Source of the DNA: Anaerolineae bacterium
GTDB taxonomy: Bacteria > Chloroflexota > Anaerolineae > B4-G1 > SLSP01
Reading direction: 5' to 3'
Length of the DNA stretch: 53,357 nucleotides
Assembly: GCA_016931315.1 (NCBI GenBank)
Contig: JAFGFB010000091.1
Span: 1 to 53,357 of the forward strand
The notes under the pieces were generated by a model, which had not been told where the DNA came from, made no database searches, and saw only the letters and a list, made by a program, of their open reading frames with translations. Below are positions 1-9,410 of the stretch, piece by piece (position 1 is the stretch's first letter; every line of letters begins with the position of its first letter). The translations under genes were made by a program, and so were the position numbers.

Positions 1-794
1 CGCAAGGTGGTTATGTACATTTCCGTTACAAAGTACCGGGGCATCAGTGGACCGCTCCAGTAATACTCACAACGTGGAGCGGTATCGGGGCGCCTCAAAT
101 CCACTCTGACGCAGAAGGTCACCTGAACCTTGCTTTTGAGCAAAGTCCGGGCACGCCTGTAATGGGACGAAACCTCCCTCGTGGGGTTAAACTATCTGCA
201 CTGAGCCAGGTCATTACGATTCCAGAAGATATGCACAAACCCACTCTCAGTTTTGACTACACGTTGACAGGGGCATTACAGGCTACTGAAGGTCTATCGG
301 CAACGTTGGTGGGTGAGGGTTTTGCGTTTTCGCTTCCAGTATCTGATGAAACCACTGATTGGCAGCGAATATGGGCAGATGTATCGCCATGGGCAGGCGA
401 AACGGTAACGCTTACTCTTGCTGCGAGCGTTCGAGAGTTACAGAGCAACTTGCAGGTTAGTCTGGATGATATCTCCTTAGGCTCCTGGTTGACACCATTG
501 CCAACAGCCGTGACCCCCATAAAGTTGACACCCTACGCTTCTGTTGTAATCACCGTCACCGGTTCGAATTTCCTTGAAGGGGCGCAGGTAGTTATTGATG
601 ATTTGTTGCTCGATTCGACTTGGGTCAGTGCAACAGAAATCACGGCAACTATGCCTGCGACGCTTGCTTTGGGCGGACATCTCTTGCGCGTGGTGAATCC
701 TGGTGGACAAACCGGCTATGCTCCACAGGTGCTAGTCGTTGGCGAGGCGGTTTACATACCGGTTCTTCTGAAATCATCCCCATGGGTGCAATAG
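1..794 (+). CDS. IPT/TIG-domain surface protein, C-terminal part (5' end outside window)
   Basis: The frame of the 162..794 ORF stays open back to base 3, so the gene enters from upstream. The C-terminal segment 'ITVTGSNFLEGAQVVIDD..ATEITATMP..GGHLLRVVNPGGQ' fits the IPT/TIG Ig-like pattern. A hairpin terminator follows. Confidence 0.6.
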   Translation, partial: QGGYVHFRYKVPGHQWTAPVILTTWSGIGAPQIHSDAEGHLNLAFEQSPGTPVMGRNLPRGVKLSALSQVITIPEDMHKPTLSFDYTLTGALQATEGLSATLVGEGFAFSLPVSDETTDWQRIWADVSPWAGETVTLTLAASVRELQSNLQVSLDDISLGSWLTPLPTAVTPIKLTPYASVVITVTGSNFLEGAQVVIDDLLLDSTWVSATEITATMPATLALGGHLLRVVNPGGQTGYAPQVLVVGEAVYIPVLLKSSPWVQ

Positions 795-809
795 CGCCAT
801 AGAAACCAG

Positions 810-845
810 AAAGAGGAGGCGATATTATTGCCTCCTCTTTTTCTA
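810..845. terminator. Bidirectional rho-independent terminator between convergent genes
   Basis: 11-bp stem AAAGAGGAGGC (810-820) pairs with GCCTCCTCTTT (830-840) around a 9-nt loop. T-run TTTTTC lies on the + strand and TTTCTGGTTTCT on the - strand. Confidence 0.7.
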
Positions 846-862
846 TTACACTACAAAGCCGG

Positions 863-2047
863 TTACTTCAACGCCTCCATCCCCTTGAACGCCCGGTATG
901 GAGAGAGGATTTTCAGCGTCTCCTTGTCATCTGCCGTTACTTGTTGCGTCACCATGCGCGCCAGTAGTTCGCCCAGCCCCGGTCCCAGCATGAAGCCCTG
1001 TCCGCACATGCCAATCGCCATGAGGTAGCCGCTCACTTCGCGCGCCCAGCCCACCAGCGGCGAACCATCCGGCGTCATGGGATACAATCCGCGCCAGGTG
1101 CGCCGCACGCGGATATTCGTGAGTCTTGGCATCAGGTCTACCATCCGTTGCGCCACCTGTGGTAGGAACACGCTCGTCTCCCGGCAGTCAAAGCCCCAGA
1201 TACTCGGGTCCGGCGTGATGCAAAAGACAATCTGCCCGCTGTGCAACTGGAAGAAATAATAGTTCTTCGAGCCGGGGGCGGGGCGAATGTCCACCACCAT
1301 CGGTCCCAGGAAGTGCGCCACCGCTTCCGTGATGCCGCCCTCGTGTGAGTCGGGGCGCACGGGATGATCGAAGCCCAGCAATTCGCCCACCTGCGCCGCC
1401 CAGGGTCCCGCCGCGTTGATCACGATTGGCGCATGATAGGTCTCCTTATTCGTGCGCACCCCCGTGATTTCGCGGTGCGGACCGCGCACGATTTCGCGGG
1501 TCAGAATTTCCACTACCTTCTCGTTGAAGCGGAATTCAGCCCCCGCTTTCTTTGCCGCGTCATAATAGGCGTGACCTGCCAGCAACGTTGAGCAGTGCCC
1601 ATCCTCGGGTGAGAATGTCCCCCCGAGCAACCCGTCGCGGTTCAGGTCGGGGATAATCTCCAATATGGCGTCCTTGTCGTACCATTCGATATTGAGGCCA
1701 TAGGCTTTCTGGACTTTGAGTAGCGTCTTGAGTGTCTGTTCTTCTTGCTCGCGGTAAGCCACAAAGGAATAACCGCCCGTTGTCCATTCGAGATCGTGCC
1801 CGTAGGTATCCTGCCAGCTCTTGACGATTTCCAGCGTGCGTAGGCACAGGCGGATTTTCGCCGGGTCGGAGTGTGTGGCGCGGATGCCGCCGATTGCTGC
1901 CTTGTTCGAGCCTTGCCCCTGGCTAGGGAATTGGTCGAGTACCAGCACTTTCAGCCCGACTTTTGCTATCGCCAGCGCCGTTGGTGCACCCACGCTGCCC
2001 GCGCCGATGATGATGACATCGTAAGTGTGATTTGTTGTTGTTTCCAT
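863..2047 (-). CDS. FAD-dependent oxidoreductase, DAO family (beta-subunit-like, as in heteromeric sarcosine oxidase / L-proline dehydrogenase / opine oxidase / HcnC)
   Basis: N-terminal Rossmann motif 'YDVIIIGAGSVGAPTALAIAK..LVLDQ'. 394 aa. SD-like AAGGGAG lies upstream. It sits 35 nt downstream of its partner gene on the same strand. Confidence 0.75.
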   Translation of the reverse strand: METTTNHTYDVIIIGAGSVGAPTALAIAKVGLKVLVLDQFPSQGQGSNKAAIGGIRATHSDPAKIRLCLRTLEIVKSWQDTYGHDLEWTTGGYSFVAYREQEEQTLKTLLKVQKAYGLNIEWYDKDAILEIIPDLNRDGLLGGTFSPEDGHCSTLLAGHAYYDAAKKAGAEFRFNEKVVEILTREIVRGPHREITGVRTNKETYHAPIVINAAGPWAAQVGELLGFDHPVRPDSHEGGITEAVAHFLGPMVVDIRPAPGSKNYYFFQLHSGQIVFCITPDPSIWGFDCRETSVFLPQVAQRMVDLMPRLTNIRVRRTWRGLYPMTPDGSPLVGWAREVSGYLMAIGMCGQGFMLGPGLGELLARMVTQQVTADDKETLKILSPYRAFKGMEALK

Positions 2048-2082
2048 GAACTTCTCCCTTTAGTCCTATAGCCCTTCTTGGG

Positions 2083-4224
2083 CTACTCGACCACACTATT
2101 ACGCTTGACTCCGGCGAACACCCCCAGCGGTACCTCTACGAACAGGGGGCGTGGGACGTTTCGGGTGACTTCATCCAGCGGCACGCCCTCCTCACGGAAC
2201 AGGCGTAGAATGAGATTGGTGCAGGTTTTTCCACCGCACGCGCCCATTCCCGCGCGTGTGACTGCTTTGATCTCATTCAGGTCGCGGTAACCCTTGCGAA
2301 TCAGGTCGCGGATTTCGCCTGCGGTCACGCGCTCGCAGCGGCAGACAATCTCATCATCATCCATGCGCGTGATTTTTTCCTCCAGCGCTGCGCCGACCCA
2401 CAGTTCCTGCACCCTTAAGCCCGCGATGCGTTTGGCAAAGGCTTTTGGCGCACGGGCCTTCACCATCACTGTGTGGTCGTTGCGTACCATGGAGCGCACG
2501 CTCGCTACTGTCACTTCACCCAGTACTTCGCCCACCGCGTCGAGCGCAGTCACCACGTCACCCTCGTGAATGCTCTCGGGCAGAAATTCGTAGGCGATGG
2601 TCACCAGCGGATACTCCGTATCCTTACGGTAATCTACCAGCGTGATGGCTAGACCCGGACAGATGGTGACACATTTTTCACAACCCAGGCACTCTTTTCC
2701 CAGCTGTGCGCCCAGGTATTCCGGAACATGGCGAATGTCGTCTTCCGGAATCGAGATGAGCTGCTGCGGGCAGACCGAGGTGCAGGGATTGCAGGGAATC
2801 TCCTGCGAACAGTGAAAGACTGGGAAGACACCATTCTCTCGCTCCGGGATACGCTCGGCAATCGTTTTGCCCGGATGTGATTTTAGAATCTCCGCGGTGC
2901 GATACCAATCGCGCGGAACTTCTTCTTCCGCCACTCCCAGCGTCCGGGCGATTTCCAGCCCCTTAATCTTGCCGGAAAACATTGCCGCCGATGCCTCCGC
3001 GATTTCCTCCGCGTCCCCCGCATCGAAGACCGTGATACCGTACTCGCGCGCCTTTGCCGTGAATTCGTTTACCGGATCGAGGCCCACCGCAATCAGCACC
3101 GTATCGCACGCAAATGACTTTTCGGTGCCCGGAATGACCTGCCAGGCATCATCGAGCTGCGCGATGGTCACCGACTCCACTTGATCCGTGCCATTCGCGC
3201 TGACTACAGTGTGGCGCGTATAAATCGGCACGCCGAAGCGCACGAGCTTATCCTTGTGGACCTTGTAGCCGCCGCATTCGGGCAGCGCTTCCACCAGCCC
3301 CACGACCTCGATGCCGGCTTGTAGCGCGTGATAGCCTGCGATTAGGCCCACGTTGCCGCCGCCCACGATGAAGAGCCGGTTGGCTGCTTTCACCAAATCG
3401 CGGTTCACCAGCGTCTGGAACGCTCCCGCTCCATACACCCCTGGCAGCGTATTCCCCTTGAACACCAGTGACTTTTCCCGCGCCCCGGTCGCGACCAGCA
3501 GAATTTGAGGTTTTACCAGCACGTATTGCGAATCCTCGCCTTCTCGCTCACTCGCTTTTTCGCTTCCTCGCAAAATCCCCACTTTCCCATCACTGAACAC
3601 GGCAAGCGCGGTGCTGTTGAGCCAGATTTCAACGCTTTCGTGCTGGCGCACTTCGTTTTCCAGTCGTGTGGCGATATCTATACCGCGTGTGCCAGCGTAG
3701 ACAGCCTTGATCGAACCGAAGAAGCGATGCGTTTGCAGCACTAGTTTCCCGCCAAGCCGGTGCTTGTCATCCACCAGCAAGCAGCGCACGCCGCGCTGCC
3801 CCAGTTGAATCGCCGCGGACATCCCTGCCGGTCCCCCGCCGAGGATGAGCACGGGCACCTCAACAGTCTCGACCTCGTGCAGGACGGGAGTCTCCGTGAT
3901 AGCTGGGGGGTCGGGCAAGCCATCCATTGGCATAACTACCATCCCTGGTGTCACCGGCGTCATACAGGCCTTGACGGGCTTGCCATCTGCCACCACCAGA
4001 CATTGGGCGCACTGTCCGTTGGCGCAGAAAATGCCCTGTGGCGCGCCATCCTTGGGATGATGCCCGAAGGTGCGCACGCCATGGGCGAACAATGCTGATG
4101 CGATCATCTCGCCGGGTTTTGCCGTCAGTGGTCGCCCTTGCCACGTGAATGTGATTTCTTCGCCCGTTAATACGGCCGTTACTGCGGGCAGAATTGGATG
4201 TTTGGTGATGCGATATTCAGCCAT
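2083..4224 (-). CDS. Fused multi-cofactor oxidoreductase: N-terminal 2Fe-2S domain, FAD/NAD(P) pyridine-nucleotide-disulfide oxidoreductase, 2x[4Fe-4S]-like Cys clusters and a C-terminal BFD-like [2Fe-2S] domain
   Basis: The ORF track gives 2083..4269. ATG at 4224 ('MAEYRITKHP') follows AGGAG with a 5-nt spacer. Motifs seen: 'CANGQCAQCLV..KAC', 'VLILGGGPAGMSAA', 'FIVGGGNVGLIAG', 'CNPCTSVCP', 'CLGCEKCVTICP', 'CRCERVTAGEI..GACGGKTC'. Confidence 0.75.
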   Translation of the reverse strand: MAEYRITKHPILPAVTAVLTGEEITFTWQGRPLTAKPGEMIASALFAHGVRTFGHHPKDGAPQGIFCANGQCAQCLVVADGKPVKACMTPVTPGMVVMPMDGLPDPPAITETPVLHEVETVEVPVLILGGGPAGMSAAIQLGQRGVRCLLVDDKHRLGGKLVLQTHRFFGSIKAVYAGTRGIDIATRLENEVRQHESVEIWLNSTALAVFSDGKVGILRGSEKASEREGEDSQYVLVKPQILLVATGAREKSLVFKGNTLPGVYGAGAFQTLVNRDLVKAANRLFIVGGGNVGLIAGYHALQAGIEVVGLVEALPECGGYKVHKDKLVRFGVPIYTRHTVVSANGTDQVESVTIAQLDDAWQVIPGTEKSFACDTVLIAVGLDPVNEFTAKAREYGITVFDAGDAEEIAEASAAMFSGKIKGLEIARTLGVAEEEVPRDWYRTAEILKSHPGKTIAERIPERENGVFPVFHCSQEIPCNPCTSVCPQQLISIPEDDIRHVPEYLGAQLGKECLGCEKCVTICPGLAITLVDYRKDTEYPLVTIAYEFLPESIHEGDVVTALDAVGEVLGEVTVASVRSMVRNDHTVMVKARAPKAFAKRIAGLRVQELWVGAALEEKITRMDDDEIVCRCERVTAGEIRDLIRKGYRDLNEIKAVTRAGMGACGGKTCTNLILRLFREEGVPLDEVTRNVPRPLFVEVPLGVFAGVKRNSVVE

Positions 4225-4444
4225 AGACTCTCCTGAATCCTGATGCGACCTGGATGATTTACTGCGCAAATCGTGCTCCGCAAGAGGGTAATGGGTAGAA
4301 CGTGAAAACTCTTACCGCATTACGCGCGTGCATGACGAAATACGCATCACTCCCATTATAATCCCGCGTATGGTGCGGCTATACTGAGATTTAGCTATAC
4401 TTTGACGGTAAAAAAGCATGGATTGTCCTTGCTACCGGTATTGA

Positions 4445-4470
4445 AAAGGGGGCGGATTTCCGCCCCCTTT
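4445..4470 (-). terminator. Rho-independent terminator downstream of the 4513..5169 gene
   Basis: Stem AAAGGGGGCGG pairs with CCGCCCCCTTT around a 4-nt loop. On the - strand it is followed by TTTTC. Confidence 0.7.
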
Positions 4471-4512
4471 CAGACATAGATGGACCTTATGCCTCTCAAG
4501 GCTGTTTTAGAA

Positions 4513-5169
4513 TCAGGCAATCGTGAGCGTGTAGCGCGTCTGTCCATCTGCCTTGGTTTCGGAACGAAACCCGACCTCTGGCTGAAACCCAACACGCTTC
4601 AAGTACCCGGCATGTTTGGGCGTCGTTGCTTCCGCCGTGAGCCGGTGGATGCCTTTCTCGCGGAAGATGTGGGCATTCTCAACGAAGACGAATTGCGCTA
4701 CTCGCAAGTCGCGGTAGCCCGGTGCGACGAAATCCAGCAAAATGTGCGCCGATTGTGACCCTGTCGGTTCGGCGATGAATAGCCCTGCGGGGACCATATC
4801 CCGCAGGACAAAGAACGCCAGGTGCGTGTCGGATGCCTCATAAACGAAATTCGGAAAGAAGCGGTGGATTTCCTCGCGATGGAAGTTGAGGAAAGTGTGC
4901 AAGAAGCGTGAGCCTTTCGTCACCTCAAGCAGTGAGAAATATTCTTTTGCTCTTAGCATCTGATACAGGTAGTAGATATCAACGATGACGATAAAGCCGT
5001 TGACCGCAGCGATGGGGTAGGCTTTGATCAGCAACCCGTATACCGTGAAGACGATTGCCCCAATGAGATTGGTGAATCGCAATTTGAGTAGTGAACTCAT
5101 CATCAGCGAAACCGCAATCAGGATGGAGGCAATGTAACCGATGATTTCGTAAACCGCTTGGGGAGTCAT
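4513..5169 (-). CDS. Uncharacterised membrane protein: about 3 N-terminal TM helices plus a soluble C-terminal domain with GNAT-like character
   Basis: 218-aa ORF. The hydrophobic N-terminal 70 aa begins 'IIGYIASILIAVSLMM..'. The C-terminal alpha/beta domain ends '..HAGYLKRVGFQPE'. The start lies 3 nt downstream of the stop of the upstream gene (5173..5742). Confidence 0.5.
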   Translation of the reverse strand: MTPQAVYEIIGYIASILIAVSLMMSSLLKLRFTNLIGAIVFTVYGLLIKAYPIAAVNGFIVIVDIYYLYQMLRAKEYFSLLEVTKGSRFLHTFLNFHREEIHRFFPNFVYEASDTHLAFFVLRDMVPAGLFIAEPTGSQSAHILLDFVAPGYRDLRVAQFVFVENAHIFREKGIHRLTAEATTPKHAGYLKRVGFQPEVGFRSETKADGQTRYTLTIA

Positions 5170-5172
5170 AGA

Positions 5173-5742
5173 CTACGCGCCCTCCTTAGGTGTGAGCGAG
5201 TGCAACGTCGCACCGGAAATGGCAGCAGCTATCAGAAAAATGACACTGAGCGCCGGTGCATTGAAAGTCAGATGTGAGACCTCTATCGGGCTGAGGGGGA
5301 TGTGCCAACCGGCAACTTCGCCCCACGCCAGCAACCATACACTGAGGCTACACGCCGCAGCCACGCTCATGCCTGCCCTCCAACCCAGAGCGCACACCGC
5401 CAATAGAATGGGAATGATGTAGCCTGCCGCGGCTGGCGAACCCAGACCATAGCCCCAGACATCTGCAGTGATGAGCAGGAGCAGTATTCCGGTAAGCAAC
5501 CAGCCTGCGAGCAACACCCGCTCGCGTCGCACCAACACCCCGATGCCCAAAAGGACAGCGACAAAGATGCCGGCAGCAACAACGGTGGCGCCCTCAAGAT
5601 CTCCACTGAGAAGCCAGGTGAGGAGCAGCACTGCAAACGCCAGGCTGATGCTGATGCAGGCCGCGAGTATCGCGTTTGCCCGTGCTCGCAACGCCGGATT
5701 ATTCGTTGTGGGCAACAAACGGTTCCACCACCGGACCATCAC
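5173..5742 (-). CDS. Polytopic integral membrane protein, function unknown
   Basis: 189 aa and almost entirely hydrophobic, with about 5-6 predicted TM segments. Tightly linked to the flanking same-strand genes. Confidence 0.6.
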   Translation of the reverse strand: MMVRWWNRLLPTTNNPALRARANAILAACISISLAFAVLLLTWLLSGDLEGATVVAAGIFVAVLLGIGVLVRRERVLLAGWLLTGILLLLITADVWGYGLGSPAAAGYIIPILLAVCALGWRAGMSVAAACSLSVWLLAWGEVAGWHIPLSPIEVSHLTFNAPALSVIFLIAAAISGATLHSLTPKEGA

Positions 5743-5791
5743 CGTAATCCTCAGCCTGCGTTTATCCTGCCCGTTGACCCCGGATCCTTGA

Positions 5792-7018
5792 TTAAGGCAG
5801 GTCGGGACAGAAATCTACGATTGAAGCGACCGTGTCTGAGCTGGCGATCGTGCCGATGCGCCCGCGCAGTTGCGCGGCATCGAGGCTGACGCCGGAGATA
5901 TCCTGAATCGCGGCGTTTAATTCTGCAACGGGGAAGCTAAAAGCGATAGCATCACGGTTCTCCGTGAACGTCACCTGCAACAGGTCGGGCACGCGCGCCC
6001 CAGAAGCCCAGTCTCCCTGCGCACTGTCCCAGATATAGAGATAGGGTTCGGCGCGTCCATCTGGGTAGAAGAGCACACCCGCGCCCACTTCGGTTCCCAG
6101 GTCGGGATTGATGTAACCGGCGCCTTGTGGACGCCCTGTGCCAGCATTGCCATCCACATCCAGTGCGAGAATCCAGTGGTAAGTAAGTGCCCGCTGCGCC
6201 GGAGGTGCTTCAGCCAGTTTTAGCCATAGGGTCAGTCGCGTTGCGTCTTCCGCGCCCTCAACGGTAAAGGGCGGCAGCGCGTCGCTCAACACCAGCGTAT
6301 CTGCGCCCACATTGCAACTGACGCCATCCAGGCCCGCAGGTGGGTCGCTGACAGCCTGATTCCCTGCCAGGGAAGCAATGTCGCCGCCGGGGTCGGTATG
6401 TGGGGCAACCGTGGGCGCAAGCGTCGGAGTGATCTCTACTGTTGGTTCGGGGGTTGTTTCCGATGTCGGCATGGGTGTAACGGTAGGGAGAACCTGGAAA
6501 ACCGCGGTTGGCGAAGGGAGAATTTCCGGCGTGGGCGTCGCCAGCACTGTGATTTCACCACCAGACACAGCTGCGGTGGGGGTGGCGGTCAGGTCTGCCA
6601 GGCTGATTTGGGTGGGCGACACCGTGGGCGTGGTATCGCGACGCAGCATCCAGGTGATGCCGAGTGAGACGGCGAGCATGCCGGCTACGGTAATGAGCAT
6701 CAGCGACCACACGGGAATCCCGCCGCGACGGTTGAACGACATAGCCCGCCGTAATTCGAGAAATGCGCTCCATCGCCGCTGTGCCGCTTCCAGTGCCTCG
6801 CGTTGTTCGCCCGTGACGGATTTGGACAACGCCTCTAGCTCTGCAACGAATGCCCGAAGCGTTTCTGTATCCAGGCTTTCCGGATGCTGCCGTTGTTGGC
6901 GTTCCAGTTGTGCATGGCGTTGCATCAGATTCTCGAAGTCGGTGGGAACCTGTGAAGGTGTCTCTACCTGCGCTTCTTGTGCCGTAGATAGGTCTGCGGG
7001 GGTTTCCAAAGTTTCCAT
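5792..7018 (-). CDS. Single-pass membrane protein with a Thr/Pro-rich linker and a C-terminal extracytoplasmic domain, function unknown
   Basis: 408 aa. Order of parts: acidic, coiled N-terminus; TM 'VWSLMLITVAGMLAVSLGITWML'; TP-rich low-complexity region; roughly 190-aa C-terminal domain. Confidence 0.6.
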   Translation of the reverse strand: METLETPADLSTAQEAQVETPSQVPTDFENLMQRHAQLERQQRQHPESLDTETLRAFVAELEALSKSVTGEQREALEAAQRRWSAFLELRRAMSFNRRGGIPVWSLMLITVAGMLAVSLGITWMLRRDTTPTVSPTQISLADLTATPTAAVSGGEITVLATPTPEILPSPTAVFQVLPTVTPMPTSETTPEPTVEITPTLAPTVAPHTDPGGDIASLAGNQAVSDPPAGLDGVSCNVGADTLVLSDALPPFTVEGAEDATRLTLWLKLAEAPPAQRALTYHWILALDVDGNAGTGRPQGAGYINPDLGTEVGAGVLFYPDGRAEPYLYIWDSAQGDWASGARVPDLLQVTFTENRDAIAFSFPVAELNAAIQDISGVSLDAAQLRGRIGTIASSDTVASIVDFCPDLP

Positions 7019-7222
7019 TGTTTCTCTCCCACTGCTAGATTAGAAGTCAATGGGTGCGCCTTCGTTACATTGCCCTGGGGTTTTGAGCTCCCGCCAGACT
7101 CTTAGGGTTATAAAGTCGGGGGCTTATACCTCTGGGGTCTAGTTGAATTGCGTCAGTATTGAACTCACTCATTTCTAGAAGTATAGCACGAAGGGAAAGC
7201 TTGTCCAGCGGTGGCAGCATAA

Positions 7223-7386
7223 GGGGTGCGTTTCATTTCGGGGATGGAAATTTCAGGTGCCTCTATGAGGCGCATAAGAATATGGATTTTTCGCGGCGCG
7301 GCGAAGCCGCGCCGCGAAAAATCCATAAAAGAAAAGGCATTTGGGCGATAGCGATCTTGTTTTTGCTCCACAGTTGGAATGCACCC
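7223..7386 (-). repeat. Full-length copy A of the hairpin-centred, TIR-bounded intergenic element (opposite orientation to the 17945 copy)
   Basis: The ends GGGGTGCGTTTCA (7223-) and TTGGAATGCACCC (-7386) are inverted repeats. The central perfect palindrome at 7282-7326 has 21-nt arms and a GAA loop. A second hairpin lies at 7257-7273. It aligns end to end with the reverse complement of 17945-18118. Confidence 0.75.
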
Positions 7387-7559
7387 TACTCATCGGCATT
7401 GTATAGGGCGTAGCGCGGTTTCGGTCAGCGACCTGCTACGAATGCCTGCTATTCGACTGACCATCTCGCACTTGAGAGCCGGATCCGTCTTGCTTATTGC
7501 AGCAAGGCCTCATCAAGGCAACATGCGCTAGTCTGCTTTGGCGCATAACAAAATCGTAA

Positions 7560-7588
7560 TTTTGCCTTTCTGTAGATTGTGGTATAAT
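7560..7588 (+). promoter_or_regulatory. Putative extended -10 promoter of the RRM protein gene
   Basis: TGG-TATAAT at 7580-7588, with a weak -35 (TTTTGC/TTGCCT) 15-17 nt upstream. This gives a leader of about 80 nt to the ATG at 7674. Confidence 0.4.
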
Positions 7589-7673
7589 TTCGTTGGGCCT
7601 GATCCTGAGAGACTTGATCTCAGGGCTGGCTAAAGAGCATTATTTCACTGTTTCGCAAGGAGTTTGGGTGGAG

Positions 7674-7970
7674 ATGAACAAAACGCTGTATGTTGGTAAT
7701 TTGCCGTTTGATGTGACCGAGGAACAAATCCAGGAGCTGTTCTCGCAGCATGGTGAGGTCCAGGCTGTGCGGATGATCAACGATCGGGACACTGGTCGTT
7801 ATCGTGGCTTCAGCTTCGTTGAGATGGAAGACTCTGGTGCAACTGCCGCTATGTCGGCATTAGACGGCGCGCAGTTCGGTGGGCGCACGTTGCGGGTGAA
7901 TGAAGCCCAGCAGCGTGAGCGTCCGGCTCATGATGAGGGGCGGCGTCCGCAGCGCTATTCTGATCGCTAA
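7674..7970 (+). CDS. RRM-type (RNP-1/RNP-2) RNA-binding protein
   Basis: RNP-2 'LYVGNL' and RNP-1 'RGFSFVEM' are present. I prefer ATG 7674 ('MNKTLYVGNLPF', AAGGAG upstream) over the track's TTG 7593, which would lie 5 nt after the -10 box. Confidence 0.85.
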   Translation: MNKTLYVGNLPFDVTEEQIQELFSQHGEVQAVRMINDRDTGRYRGFSFVEMEDSGATAAMSALDGAQFGGRTLRVNEAQQRERPAHDEGRRPQRYSDR

Positions 7971-8001
7971 ACTGCTACTGCAGGGACGTACCGAATTTAA
8001 C

Positions 8002-8034
8002 CGACCGGCGTCATCATGACGCCGGTCGTTGTTA
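8002..8034 (+). terminator. Rho-independent terminator of the RRM gene
   Basis: 12-bp stem CGACCGGCGTCA pairs with TGACGCCGGTCG around a 3-nt loop, followed by TTGTTAT. Confidence 0.65.
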
Positions 8035-8042
8035 TATAAGAG

Positions 8043-8133
8043 TGTTTTGGGGCGCGCTCCGTGCGCCCCAAAACAGTAATAAAAGATCCTCTTAGCCTGT
8101 TTGCAAAACCGCGCTTCATTTTTCCTGATGATC
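8043..8133 (-). repeat. Short derivative of the hairpin repeat family (hairpin plus 'CCTCTT..GTTTGCA' tail)
   Basis: 13-bp stem TGTTTTGGGGCGC (8043-8055) pairs with GCGCCCCAAAACA (8063-8075). The tail 'AAAAGATCCTCTTAGCCTGTTTGCAAAACC..GATGATC' aligns with the tails at 36520-, 37631- and 48495-. Confidence 0.6.
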
Positions 8134-8235
8134 TGTCGTATACCCGCCTTGTTGCGCGGCAGTGTGCCGCGAATTGGAGTATAATAACGCTATCGAATTT
8201 GTAACGTGTCCCTATGGGCATACGGGAGGTATGGA

Positions 8236-9348
8236 GTGCAGGCTGAGCGATTAGTGTTTCCATTTACTGCTATCGTAGATCAAGAGCGGATGAAGCGCGC
8301 GCTGATCCTGAATGCGATTAACTTCCGCATCGGCGGCGTGTTGATTCGTGGTGAACGCGGCACGGCAAAATCCACCGCTGCGCGGGCATTGGCGGCGTTG
8401 TTGCCGGAGATCGAGGTGCTCTTGGATGGCGCCTTCGGCTGCGACCCTGATCAACCGGCGACCTGGTGCACCCTATGCCGGGAACGGGCTGAGGCTGGAG
8501 AGGAATTGCTCCACGAGACGCGTAAGGTGCCTTTCGTTGAATTGCCTGTGGGCGCTACCGAAGACCGCGTGGTAGGAACGCTTGATATTGAGCGGGCGAT
8601 TCAAAAGGGCGAGCGCCGTTTTGAACCGGGTGTCCTGGCAGCGGCAAATCGTGGCATCCTCTACGTTGACGAGGTCAACCTGTTGGACGACCATATCGTG
8701 GATGTATTACTCGATGCAGCTGCGATGGGCGTGAACACGGTGGAACGTGAGGGAATCTCTTTTCAGCATCCTTCACGCTTTATTCTGGTTGGCACGATGA
8801 ACCCTGAAGAGGGCGACTTGCGCCCGCAGTTGTTGGATCGTTTTGCTCTCTGTGTGGACGTGGTGGGCGTCCGTGATGCTCAATCGCGGATGGCGATCAT
8901 GGAACGCAACCTCGCTTATGAGCAGGACCCCGAGGGCTTCTATCAGCAATGGTTGCCGCAAGAGAAAGAATTGGCCTATCAGATTGAAGAGGCGCGGGCA
9001 ATTCTGCCCCATGTCCACTATACCCGCGCCGATTTGGCAACCATTGCAGTGATGATGGCCGATCTGGGCGTGGATGGGCACCGCGCGGACCTGGTCATCC
9101 TCAAAACGGCTACGGCGCACGCCGCCTGGGAAGGGCGCACGCGCCTCACAGACATGGATATCATTCTTGCGGCGCAGTTGGCGCTGCCGCATCGCCTCAA
9201 GCGCAAGCCCTTCGATGAGGTGCAGACTTCCCTGGAGTCGCTGGATCGTCGCCTGGGCCAGGCTCGCAATCAGACCGAAGAGCAGATGTCCCGTCCCTCG
9301 GAGACATCGCCTGTGGGTGAGGGGGACCCGACGCCAAAAAAAGCCTGA
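8236..9348 (+). CDS. Mg-chelatase subunit I (BchI/ChlI)-family AAA+ ATPase
   Basis: Motifs '[21 protein letters not shown]', Walker A 'GERGTAKST', '[20 protein letters not shown]' and '[18 protein letters not shown]'. GTG 8236 follows GGGAGG with a 6-nt spacer; the track start is 8206. Confidence 0.85.
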   Translation: MQAERLVFPFTAIVDQERMKRALILNAINFRIGGVLIRGERGTAKSTAARALAALLPEIEVLLDGAFGCDPDQPATWCTLCRERAEAGEELLHETRKVPFVELPVGATEDRVVGTLDIERAIQKGERRFEPGVLAAANRGILYVDEVNLLDDHIVDVLLDAAAMGVNTVEREGISFQHPSRFILVGTMNPEEGDLRPQLLDRFALCVDVVGVRDAQSRMAIMERNLAYEQDPEGFYQQWLPQEKELAYQIEEARAILPHVHYTRADLATIAVMMADLGVDGHRADLVILKTATAHAAWEGRTRLTDMDIILAAQLALPHRLKRKPFDEVQTSLESLDRRLGQARNQTEEQMSRPSETSPVGEGDPTPKKA

Positions 9349-9410
9349 CGCCTCCTGAGGGAGAACCCGAAGTCGCACCGGAAACTTCGAGTCCTCAGGA
9401 GCAGCAAGCG

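Noticed and set aside
4225-4440. Glycine or another riboswitch upstream of the sarcosine-oxidase-like operon
   Set aside because: I could not find the conserved glycine-aptamer core (GGAGAG..CACCG..) or any convincing nested helices. The region looks like an ordinary promoter and leader.
6378-7043. 221-aa + strand ORF
   Set aside because: It is antisense to the 5792..7018 gene, across its TP-rich region. It is low-complexity, Ser/Arg/Val-rich, and has no SD site.
7049-7095. Possible extra partial repeat end ('GGGTGCGCCTTCGTT..CCTGGGGTTTTGAGC')
   Set aside because: Only a short, gapped resemblance to the element's left arm, with no hairpin. This is too weak to call.
7159-7413. 84-aa (+) and 68-aa (-) ORFs in the 7.2-7.4 kb intergenic region
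   Set aside because: Both are read through repeat copy A. Their mirrored 'MDFSRRG.AAPRKIH' peptides are simply the palindrome translated on each strand.
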